This document shows, one piece after another, positions 43,827-55,050 of a stretch of 64,000 bases of DNA. Position 1 is the first letter of the stretch, and every line of letters begins with the position of its first letter. The stretch is taken from positions 38,070,001-38,134,000 of the forward strand of contig NC_087447.1 in assembly GCF_036321535.1 (NCBI RefSeq), written 5' to 3'. Source of the DNA: Camelus dromedarius (Eukaryota). The notes beneath the pieces are model-generated. The model was given only the letters and a program-made list of their open reading frames with translations, did no database searches and was not told the origin of the DNA. The position numbers and the translations under genes are program-made.

Positions 43827-44592
43827 CTAAATGTCAATTAAAAGAAAGTTCACTTTAAAAAGTCAGAATTTCTATTTGTAGTTGTAGTATGCTTTTGTGT
43901 TTTGCATTTGGGTAAGTCAATCATGTGTATGTCATTAACTTAATAATTTGTTACAAACGTCTCTACAATGAATTCTTTCCAAAACATGAAAAAGAAAGAT
44001 ATTAGCCTCAAGTCCTTGAACTTCAAAGAAAGATTACCATATGATGTCCTAGTTGTAAAATTTTTCTCCTCTTCCCTCTAGTTTTTCATTCATATTTTAT
44101 TGGAGGGCATGTGAAGTGTCTTCTATTCTAGTACTAGGTGTTAAAAGAAGTCAGAAGAATATGTTTATTACATTCCTATCCCTAAAGACTTCAACGAGAT
44201 GAACTTCTATGTCCTCCCCATAATTTATTCTTATATTCCTGAATTTTGTAAGTAAGATACTTTGGAGTTAATGAGAGTGAGATTTGGGGAAGGTTAATCT
44301 GATGCTGTTGTGTGGACCCACCAGGACCCCTTGAGTCTGGGTGGTAAAGTGGAAGTGTTTTCCGTGGTTCTAGAATCAGATGAGCCCTCTGGCCTTGGGT
44401 AAAGCACAAGGAAGACAGGTGAAAAAGGTGAAGCACAAGTTTCAGTCCTTAGAACTAGATCACCTTTCATGCCCTTTTCAACCACAAGGTTCAATAAAAA
44501 GTAAATCTTTGTTACTTCTTTAGCATAACTTAAATCCCATTATTATGAGCAAATTACTTTTCATATATTATAAAATTATACAATACTTTATA

Positions 44593-44602
<10 letters not shown>

Positions 44603-44626
<24 letters not shown>

Positions 44627-44628
44627 TG
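44603..44628. repeat. (TA)n microsatellite
   Basis: Perfect TA run visible in the sequence. Confidence 0.9.
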
Positions 44629-44757
44629 GGTCTATATATACAGGTTTCTCTTTTCAAATTTTCTAGTGAGAATTTCATTTGTGAAAAAATAATTCAATGA
44701 CCAATGCTGAACTTGCACCTAAACCAATGTTACACATCTTATAGTCTTTGCATTCTA

Positions 44758-44994
<237 letters not shown>

Positions 44995-45986
44995 TTATAC
45001 ATATTGTTAAATCCACAACTAAATAACACTTAAAACTGAACACTAAAAAATGGGCAGTATTATTTTCTATGAATTATTCTCAGATATAATCTGTACTTAC
45101 TATGCTCTTTATTCAGTGTTGTCTTCAAATTTAAACATGTGCTCTAAGCATTAGAAGACATTGATCTTTACATTAGTTTTATAAATATATTTCCAAAACA
45201 GTAACACAAATCAAAAATCCATTATTTTCATTTTGAAAGTATCAAAAGATTACAGAAAGAAACTTACATCCTTATACTGGCATTTATTATTGGGATAACT
45301 TCCCCAAAGAAATAGATGGATTTTTTTTCCCTAAAGAGCTTAAATTGTGAACTTTAAGAACAAAAATAAATTGCTATTATAAGATTATTTTCATTATTTT
45401 TAGTGACTATGTGCTTACTTTAATTCCTCATACTTTAACAACATACAATGAAGAAAACATCAACATAGAAAGTAATAAATACAATATAAAACTAAATAAA
45501 ATGTTTATTTAAAAATGAGTGCACTTCGTAGCTCTAGGACGATGAGTTTAGAAGTAATTACTTCTAACCCAAGGGTTTTTTTCCTTTTTTTAAATTTCAA
45601 AATATATATTTCTTTAAAAACAATATTTCCCCATTTTTATAAAGGAACACACGCACAGGATAAAGTAAAATTACGGTGGCATACAAGTCTCGTCTCCCCA
45701 CCTAACTCCCTTTCTCTGAGTCCCATTCTTTATAAGTCCTCATTTTGGTTTTTAGGTCTTCTGGTGGTATTACCATAAGTCTAAAGAATATATACCTCTA
45801 TTTCTTGGTATATCAGTTGGGGTTCTTGACCAAGGCTTTCTTTAATGTGTTATAGGTGACTTTTCAGTAAAAACTTTTGAAATATCACTATATTAAAAAC
45901 CTTGTTCAGGGCAAAAATAATGGACTTAGTACTAACTAATAATATATTTCACCTTAGCATAATCATATTGAAAGTTTATCTTTTAC

Positions 45987-46138
45987 ATTTGGTTGTTCTT
46001 CATTCTGTGCCTCTTGTGTGAGGTGATTATCACCTTCCCCAAATAATTTTCTGCCGTCTCTGTTCTCTGTTTCCACTTCTTGTTGAGGTTCCATAAGTTT
46101 GAATGACGCTTTTGAGAAAATGGTGCTGTCTTCATCAC
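45987..46138 (-). CDS. PDE3B: PDE3B exon 8 (152 bp)
   Basis: tgaaag|...|gtaaaa; (G)DEDSTIFSKASFKLMEPQQEVETENRDGRKLFGEGDNHLTQEAQNEEQPN; phases fit both neighbouring exons. Confidence 0.93.
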
Positions 46139-46275
46139 CTTTCAAAAAATATATAAAGTGATAAATAAGAATAAAACTTGTCCTATAAGAACTTCATAAG
46201 AAAAAGTTGAAAAAAATATTCAGATAAAGTGAATTATACTGGCATTCAATCTAAATTAATCCCTCTCCCTCTCCC

Positions 46276-47147
46276 CCTTTTTTTCCTCATAGCACATGGT
46301 GCTCTTTATTGTGACGCTCAGTGGAAAACATCTGCAAACCAGCTTACTGTAGTGGTGATGAAGGAGAATTAATAAAATGCCCACATTTAGGCAAACAGAT
46401 TGCTTATTCTCATGCTTGCTCTTAAACTGGCCAACTAACCTGACTGACCGGTTGCTGTTCTCAGCTCCAGGCCCATTGTTAAAATGAATCTATTAATTTC
46501 ACTGTCTCTGCTTTATTCCAGTAATTGAAAGCAATAATCATACTTAGTTTCTGAGTTGTTCTCCAGGGAGAAGGTCACAGAACTGTAACCTTACAAAATA
46601 GCCTGAATTACCAAGAAGGCCATGCCATGGGGGCTTACAAGATAAAGAGATCAAAGCCTCTAGAGAATTGGTCACATGGAGACACCATGATGCCACTCTG
46701 AGTCTTATAAGAAGAAAATAATTCTGTTGATTGTTATCAATGCTTTATTCTTTAAGCTACGGCTACGTAATCACCCTACCACATCCTCAAGGTGGGTTCA
46801 CAGTTTTAAAGACACTAGCCTGCTGTGAGTCCCCTTTGCATGGCAAAGTAATAAAGCTGTCTCTTTTTTCCTATGTTCTAAGACCCTGTCTCAGAGTTTC
46901 AATTTGGCTTATCAGTGACAACTGCAACCATACTAAGGCACTTTTATTATATAAAAAAAGGCAGGGGTGGGAATTCTGTTCACTCCTTTGTGACAGCAAC
47001 TGGGACCTGAATTAGGAGCTCTTTAGGCATAGTAGCTTCTATGTATCTTCATGACTTGAGAGTTTGTTTCCTTTCAAAGAAAATGCCTTCTTCGCCATAA
47101 GTAAGTCTAAACGCAGCATATATAAAACAGAATACAGTTAGGAATCG
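46276..47147 (-). pseudogene. Putative retroposed mRNA 3' UTR fragment of unidentified parent, interrupted by an LTR
   Basis: Minus-strand AATAAA (46310-46305) about 20 nt before A7 (46284-46278); a second AATAAA at 46948-46943; 15-bp direct repeat CCCTCTCCCTCTCCC at 46261-46275 and 47148-47162. Confidence 0.6.
46477..46927 (+). mobile_element. Solo ERV1-class LTR
   Basis: Starts TGTTAAAA; CCCCTTTGCATGGCAAAGTAATAAAGCT poly(A)/R motif (AATAAA 46850-46855); CCAT on both flanks (46473-46476, 46928-46931); 3' CA end imperfect. Confidence 0.72.
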
Positions 47148-47162
47148 CCCTCTCCCTCTCCC

Positions 47163-47986
47163 AAGCAGCAAACCTTTTCTTTATTGTAAACATAACACAC
47201 TGTCCCCAGAGCACTGGAAGAGCAGGAACCAGGAGGAGCCAGGGACAGAAGTCTCTGAAACTGACTGGATTCCCACCCATAGACCGGGCAGCCTTGAATG
47301 GCCCAGGAGGGTGTCAGGGAGGGTCAGAAGGCACAGGCCTTGCTGCAGAAGGGACACATATTGTACTGGTAGAGTCAGCTGCAGGAGGGTAAGGGGAGAG
47401 CTGCAATGCTGAGCGCTTGGCGCCTAGGTCCTAGGTGCGCAGATGCCACCGCGGCCTGTGGTACCGCCCCAGGGCCACAGCTGCCACTCCAGGAGCCATG
47501 GGTTCCCCTTGCCTCAGTGAAGCTAGCCAGCTCTGCATAGGGAGTCTCAGTGAGAGGAGAGAGGCGGCAGTGAAGGGGAGCAACAGCCCAGTCTCCCGGT
47601 AGCGGTGAGCGCCCCGGTAGCGGTGAGGGCTCCGGCGCGGCACGGCACTGCCAGCCCCGAGCGCCCCCGTGCAGCACGGCATGGCATTGCCAGCTCCGAG
47701 CACTACCGTGCGGCACCGCCAGCGGCAGCGGCGAGCACCGCACTGCGGCACGGCACTGCCAGTAATGAGCGCCGCCGCGCGGCAGCGGCAAGCGCCCTGG
47801 CGCGGCACCGCCAACTATGAGCGCCCCTGCGTGGCAGCCGCAAGCGCCTGGGTGCAGCACCACCAGCGGCAGCTGCGAGCGCCCCGGCGAGGCGCAGTGC
47901 GGCACCGCCAGCGGCCCGGGCGAGCGCCCTGGCGTGGCAGGACACGGCACGACATCACAGTGCCGCAGTGGCACCCTCATGTTCAC
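47163..47986 (-). pseudogene. PTGES2: Processed, internally deleted PTGES2 (prostaglandin E synthase 2) retrocopy
   Basis: Minus strand gives LPMQS..., ALGRYHRPRWHLRT*DLGAKRSALQLS, and LYQYNMCPFCSKACAF, matching PTGES2 LPTQSRAGF / ALGLYHTARWHLRAQDL..ERSAAQLS / LYQYKTCPFCSKVRAF; in-frame TAG at 47433-47431 and frameshifts; then a UTR-like segment with AATAAA at 47185-47180. Confidence 0.88.
47595..47975. repeat. CpG-dense degenerate minisatellite / CpG-island-like segment
   Basis: About 11 variants of (G/A)AGCGCCC interleaved with GCGGCAC/GCACTGCCAG/GCGGCAGCGG modules; extremely GC-rich against an AT-rich intron. Confidence 0.85.
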
Positions 47987-48756
47987 TTTTCCCTCTCATT
48001 TCTCTTCTGAATTGTCTTGTCTTCTTTATCAAACATGAATTGACCATAATTGCAAGAATTTATTTCCGTTTCATTAGTTGCGTTTCATTAATGTACAGGC
48101 TCATCTTTGTGCCAATACTTCACTGTCTTAATTGCTGTGGGTTTAAAGTAAGTAGTGTAGTGTCAATTTTCCAAATTTGTTCTTTGTCCAAATTGGCTGC
48201 TTCAGGTCATCTGTATTTCCAAATAAATTTGAACACCAACTTGTCAATTTCTACCCCCAAAAAAAGCCTACTGGAATTTGATCAAAATTGCAATCACCTT
48301 ACAGATCAGTTTTGAAGAAAACAGCCTTATTGACTGTAATGAGTTTTCCAATCCGTTGATCAATGACACGCCTCCCAGTTTATTAAAATTTTCTTTATGT
48401 TTATTCTAACTTTATTTTTTGATACTATTGTGAATGACAATGTTTTCTCAATTTCAATTTATGATGGTTTATTATTGGCATATAGGAATACAATTGACTG
48501 TATACTTATGTATCTTGTGACTCTGAAAACTGAATATAGCAACAGATAGACTAGTTCATGGGTTCTAATAAGTGTGTGTGTGTGTGTGTATCCTTTGATA
48601 TTTTCTACAAATAATCTGTGACTAAGGACAGTTTTATTTATTTCCATTCAGGATATCTTTATTTCTTTATCTTTCTAATTTTCCTAGCTAAAATCTCCAG
48701 TACAGTGTTGAATAGAAGTGCTGAAAGCAAAAATCCTTCTTTTCTTCCTTTTAAAA

Positions 48757-48893
48757 TTTTTTTTTTTTTTTGCAGAGGAGGAGGTAATTAGGTTTATTTA
48801 TGTATTTATTTTTAGTGGAGGTACTGAGGATTGAACCCAGAACCTTGTGCATGCTAGGCATGCACTCTACCACTGAGCTATACCATCTCCCCC
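48757..48893 (-). mobile_element. tRNA-derived SINE (Vic-1-like) inserted in the tail of the adjacent SINE
   Basis: Reverse-complement A/B boxes (GGATTGAACCC; CCACTGAGCTATA), T tail, CCTTTTAAAA on both sides. Confidence 0.88.
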
Positions 48894-48899
48894 TTTTAA

Positions 48900-49055
48900 A
48901 AATTTTTTAAAGTTATTTTTTATTATTTTTTAATCTTTTTTGGAGGGGGAGGTGATTAGATTATTCATTTTTTTAATGGAGGTATTGCGTATTGAACCCA
49001 GGACTTGAAGCATGCTAGGCATGTACTCTACCACTTGAGCTATACCCTCGCCCCC
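48900..49055 (-). mobile_element. tRNA-derived SINE (Vic-1-like)
   Basis: ATTGAACCCAGGAC...CTACCACTTGAGCTATACCCTCGCCCCC. Confidence 0.88.
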
Positions 49056-50451
49056 TCTTCTCTTATTCTTGATTTTAGGGGGAAAGTGTCAGTCTTTCTC
49101 CACTAAGGATGATTCTAGCCATGTGTTTTTCAAAGATGCTCTTTATCAGGTTGAAGAACTTCCCTGATATTACTGGTTTGAGTGCTCTCATCATGAAAGA
49201 GTGCTGGATTTTGTCAAATGCTTTTTCTGCATCTATTTAGATTATCATGTGTTTTCCCCCCTTTATCGTATTAATGTGGTATATTAATTGATTTTCAAAT
49301 GCTAAACCACCATTGCATTCCTGGGATAACTATCACTCAGTCATGGTATGACATTTTATCTGTTGCTAGATTCAGTTTGCTACTATTTTGTAAAGGATAT
49401 TGGTTGTTAGTCTATAGTTTTCTTGTGATGCCTTTGTCTGGTTATGGTATCAGAGTAATTCTGGTCTTATAGAATTAGTTGGGAAGTTTGCCCTCCTCTT
49501 CTATTTCCTGGAAGTTTGTGAAGGATTGATCTCTGTTGGCTTTTAAAAAAAACCTTTTAAAATGTAAAAACCAAAAACTATTGAATTGTACACTTTAAAA
49601 GGGTGAATTTACAGTATGTGTAGGGATTACTATGCACCTATAATCCCTGAAAGGGCCTATCTATTTCTGATTTACCTTTATTCCTCTGGCACAGTATTGA
49701 AGAGTTGTGCCTACCATGGCAAGCCTTCAACACCAATCTTTGTCTCCCTAGTCCCACAATGCTACCAAAATGGACTGCTCATTCTCTCTGGAAGCAGCAA
49801 ACACCCTTTTGGTGACCTCAAACTTGAGACTCACTCCCTTGGACTTCTATCCTCCTCCAGATCTTACATTGGAAATTCTGAGGAGCTTAATTCTTCAATA
49901 GCTTTAAGCAGATTTTTTAAAACAAAAATAGGTAGCTTTTCCAGATACTTTCAGGAGAAATGATGGTCTGAGTTACCTAGTTAAGTCATCAATTTTTTTC
50001 AGTTTTTTTATTGAGAATCATCAATGTTTTGATGTTATAAGACAACTAATTTTTATCACCAACAAAATTTCTTATTTGAGGATATGTTTCAAAATGACAT
50101 AATTAACTACATTTTAAAACAACTCCTGTGTAATTATTAAAAAAATGTATATAAACCCTTTTGGGCTTAGATTGTACAATTTCAATTTTGATTTTAACAT
50201 AATTAATTTCATTATTTATGTACCCTAGCCGTAACATAAGACTATATTCATTTGTACTGCACATTTTTACTCTTCAAAATACTTTCACTATTATTTATAA
50301 TGTCTTAATAACTCCTTTGTGAAGTAGATGCTAACATTATAATCTTCATTTTAAAGATAGATAAACTAAAGTTAAACTCATTCATTCATTTTAAAAAACA
50401 ATGCAAGAAATTGCTCTTAAATTTAAGCACACATGACTTTTGTTGTCTCAC

Positions 50452-50528
50452 CTGACTTTCCCCTGTGGCAGTCTGTACCAGACTCCAATTCAGATGTTGA
50501 AGCATATTTCAGTATTTGATGTCCACAG
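50452..50528 (-). CDS. PDE3B: PDE3B exon 7 (77 bp)
   Basis: ttacaag|...|gtgaga; (S)CGHQILKYASTSELESGTDCHRGKS(G); absent from the ORF track, found by hand. Confidence 0.94.
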
Positions 50529-51083
50529 CTTGTAAAAGAAAATGGATAAATATGTACATATGATAAATGAAGTAAAATTTGTTTTACCTAAACACAGTCA
50601 GAAAATCTGGTTATTTTTTAACTGAAAGATCCCAATCTGCAAAATATCCTAATATTCCAATCTCTTTATAAATTGAATAGGCTTTATCCTCCATCTGTAT
50701 CTCTGAAGGAAATGACATGTTTTGGAAGTCACACTGAGATCTGAGGTAAACCCTTATTATCATCAAAGCAGAAGTGAGAATGAACACCATATGGACTGGG
50801 TACTATGAATAGGTACCAATTTAGTACATACTAAAATAATTCTCATACATTTACTGATATTTTATGGTGGGTAGAATACCAACCACTATGTTTCACTTCA
50901 GATGGAGATCATTTAGTTGGGAAATGACTAGTAGCACTGAAATGAGAAAAATTTTGTTTAGAATAAAAACTATTAAAGAAGAGGATACAGTCTTAACTAT
51001 CTAGTTATAGAACTAGAAAACTGCTAATACTTCACTAAAATAACCTATATTTTGAAACAGAAATCAAACATTTGGGAAACTTA

Positions 51084-51362
<279 letters not shown>

Positions 51363-52206
51363 TTATAAAAAGCATTTTCCTTCTTTAAAGGAAATTTTTT
51401 AGAGAAATTTTAAAGAAAGCAAAGTATTTACAATTAAATAATAGAATAGATTTCTACAATGGAGCTATCTCAAGACATTTTAGGAATTCAAACATAATAT
51501 AGACCATATTTATCATCATCAATGACTGTGGAATAAACACCCTGTGACAGGATGGCACATAGTAGGTAAATATTAACAGTATAACTAAAATATACATAGT
51601 GTGTGGCACAAGTTTTCCTAATTAATATTGGTCTTTATCTTTCACATTTTGTGTCCCTACCAGTTTGACTATCCATGTAAACAAAGCAGCTTTACCAAAT
51701 TTTACTGAATATTTTTCAATACAATAAAATTCATTTTTATCAAAGAACCAAAGTTCTTAATATTAACCAATGAGTAAGTTGAGCATATGATAAAATTATA
51801 GTAACACATAGCATATCCCTTTAAAAAAATCCAAGTCTTTCCAGCTCTTTCATTTATTCCACAAACATCTGAGAGCCTATTATATGCTGGAAAATGTGCT
51901 AGGTTTCATAATGGAGGAAAAGATGCCATCCCTAGAACTCAATGAACCTAAAGTCTAGTGGAAAATAGAAACAAGTGCTAAGTGCTAAAATAAGGGGAAA
52001 AAAGAGTGCTTCAGAAATACATCCCTATTCCTATTGATTTACTCAAGAAACCTTTGCTGGGTGCCTTGAACTAAGGGTATATCTGGAGAAGGGTAGACAG
52101 ATTTAAAACTTTATTTCAAAATAAAGATCCAAGTAAGTGTGAATTAGAGAGAAAAGCTAATAACAGTGATTAATATTTGATATTTTGAGACATCGTTACA
52201 GATGTA

Positions 52207-52689
52207 TGTAATGGTTGATTTTATGTGTCAACTTGGCTAGGCTATTGTGCCCAGTGGTTTGGTCAAATACCAGTGTAGATGTTGCTGTGAAGGTATTTTT
52301 CAGATGTGATTAATGTTGAAATTAGTAGACTTACTCATGAGTAAGGCAGATTACCCTTCATAATGTGGGCTGGCCTCACCCAATTAGTTAAAGGCCTTAG
52401 GAGAAAACACTGAGGTCCTCCAAAGAGGAAGGAATTTTACCTCTAGACTGACTTCGGACTCAATACTGCAACATCAACTCCTGCTAGAATGTCCAGCCTG
52501 GCAACCTGCCCTGAAAATGTTGGACCTGCCAGTCTTCCCACTCTGGTGAGCCAATCCCAATCAATCAATCAATCAATCAATCCCCCTTCCCCATATAAAT
52601 GTATGTAAGTATATATGTAGTAGTTACACACACACACACACAAACATCCTATTAGTTCTGTTTTTTTCTGGAGAACCCTGATGAATACA
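52207..52689 (+). mobile_element. ERVL solo LTR (MLT2-like)
   Basis: TGTAATGGTTGATTTTATGTGTCAACTTGGCTAGG...CTGGAGAACCCTGATGAATACA; internal (TCAA)n and (CA)n. Confidence 0.9.
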
Positions 52690-53249
52690 ATTTGTTATTT
52701 TATTTAATCTTCACAATTACCCTGTGAGTTAAGTAGCATTTTCATTTTACATGTGAAGAAAAAAACTACTCCCCCCCCCAAAAAAAAATTCAGAAACTTC
52801 ACATAGTTATCCCAGTTAACATTGGAGACCATACTCTTTGTAGGGCTGCCACTGCTGTTCTATCCAACTTATTTGTTTAGAGGATCCTATAATTTCATAT
52901 AATGTTAAAGTTGAATGAGCTTTTATAAATAATCTGGTCAAACACCCTAATGTTTCAGATTAATATTTCAGAGGAAACTGAGAACTAGAGAGGGGAAGTA
53001 TCTTCCTTCTCAAAATCATACTGGTTGGTTACTAACTGGAGACTAAATTCCAATTTTTAGCACTGTTTTCTCTGATTATACTAGCAAGTGTCCAGAACCC
53101 TGACAAAAAGGCTGAGAAGAATAAAGGATAAACTAATTTTAGGGTAGAAATTTAATATAATATAGAAAATCTTTGAGGAAAGGACAAAAATGGTAAAGAA
53201 AATCCTAGCAACCATTAAATACTTTCTACAATACAGGCTCATCAGTTTT

Positions 53250-55050
53250 ATTCTAAACTTTAAAAATTGTGAAATATAATGCACATACAGAAGAGTTATA
53301 AGAGGAACGCTCATCACTCAAGCTAAAACATAAAACATGGCCAGAGATCAGAAACCCCTGTTCAATTTCTAGTTCCCTTCCCTCTCATTAAAGGAAATGA
53401 CTGATTTTGACTTTTTTGATACTGTTTTTCTTGCCTCTCTTTGTATTTCTACATGTATCTCAACAATTTAGATTAGTTTTATCCTTTTTTTGAATTTTGT
53501 AAAGTGAATCAGACAGTATAAATGCTTTTATGCTTACTTTACTCAACATTTAAAAAAGATATTTCATATGTTCATTCATTTTGAATGGACATATCAAATT
53601 GTATGTGTGAATATAGCACAATTTTATTTCTCAGGTACTGAACTGCTAAATTGTCTTCCAAAGTAGCTGTGGCATTTTACTTGCCCATCAGTGATGTATG
53701 AGTATTCCTACTTCTGAACATTTTTGCCAACACTTGTTATACCGTCTTTAGAATTATAGACAACATGGTGGGTGTGAAGTCATGGTTCATTGTGGTTTGC
53801 TTTGCATTTCCCTAATGATTAATTATGCTGAGTATCTTTTCATGTGGTTAAGGGCCATTTGTATATCTTCTTTGGAGAAACACCTATTCAAATCATTTAC
53901 CCATTTTTTAGTGAGGTGATTTGTGTTTTTATTATTGAGTTGTAAGATATCTTTGTCTATTCTGTTGTCAAATTATAATTTGCAAATATTTTCTCCTATT
54001 CTATGGATTGTTTTTTCACTTTCTTTAGGTATCAGTTGAAGTACAAATTTTTTTTCATTTTAATGAATTCCTATTATCAATTATTTTCATTCATGGACTG
54101 TACTTTTGGTGTCAGATCTAAGAATGCTTTACTCAGTATCCAAAGTCACAAAGATTTCCTCGTGTTTTCTTCAACAAATTTTATGGTTTCACTCGTTTGA
54201 GTCTAAAAGCATTTTGAGTTAATTTTTGAGTATGATGACAGGTATGGTTCCAAATTCATTCTTTTTCATGTGTATATCCAGTTGTCCCAGCATCATTTGT
54301 TAAAAACACTATTCCTTCCCTACTGAATTACCTTGGCGCCCTGGCTGAAAATCAGTTAACCATGTGAGGGTTTATTTCTGGTCTCTCAATCCTATTCCAG
54401 TGAGGTGAAATATCCTTCTGCCAGACCCAACTGTCTTGATTAACTTGGTAGCAAGTTTTAAGATTTAAAAATGTGAGTCCTCTAATTTTTTTAAATTAAA
54501 AATTGTTTTAGCTACTCTGGGTCCCTTGAATTTCTATGCAAACTTTAGGATTAGCTTGTCAGATTTCTGCAAAGAAGTCAGCCCAGAGTTTGATAAGCCA
54601 AGGATTATAGTTAATCTAGAACAATTTGAGGAGTATTGCCATCTTAAGTATCCTGATCCACAAACACTAGATACTTTTCCATTTATTTGAGTCTTCTTTA
54701 ATTTCAACAGTATTTTTCAGTTTTCAGTGTACAAGTCTTGCACTATTTTGTTAAATTTATTCCAAAATATTTTATTCTTTTTGATGCTAACTGTAAATGG
54801 AACTATTTTCTTAACTTAAGTTTTGCCTTGTTCATTGTTAATATATAGAAATATAATTGATTTCTGCATATAGATCTTGTATCCTGCCACAATGATGAAC
54901 TTGTTTATTGGTTGTAATAGGTTTTAATGAATTTCTTAGGATATTACAAGTACATGATTATGTTGTCTGCTAATAATTTTACATCTTCCTTTTATTCCTT
55001 TTTACCTTAACTTCCCTCACTAGAACCTCCAACCCAATATTGAGTAAAAG
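53250..55050 (-). mobile_element. Old LINE-1 3' region
   Basis: TTTGCATTTCCCTAATGA; GGCCATTTGTATATCTTCTTTGGAGAAA; CAGTTGTCCCAGCATCATTTGTT. Confidence 0.82.

Larger units (their letters stand above)
48010..49530 (-). mobile_element. Old LINE-1 ORF2 fragment
   Basis: TCCAGTACAGTGTTGAATAGAAGTG; GGATTTTGTCAAATGCTTTTTCTGCATCTATT (antisense RT region). Confidence 0.8.

Noticed and set aside
47595..47975. Repeat-spacer-like pattern suggestive of a CRISPR array or bacterial contamination
   Set aside because: Units vary in length and sequence with no unique spacers, no cas genes are present, and the segment is continuous with mammalian PTGES2-derived sequence
47605..48038. Plus-strand and other overlapping ORFs across the GC repeat (47605, 47669, 47703, 47817)
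   Set aside because: Explained by stop-codon depletion in GC-rich repeat DNA; no recognisable homology
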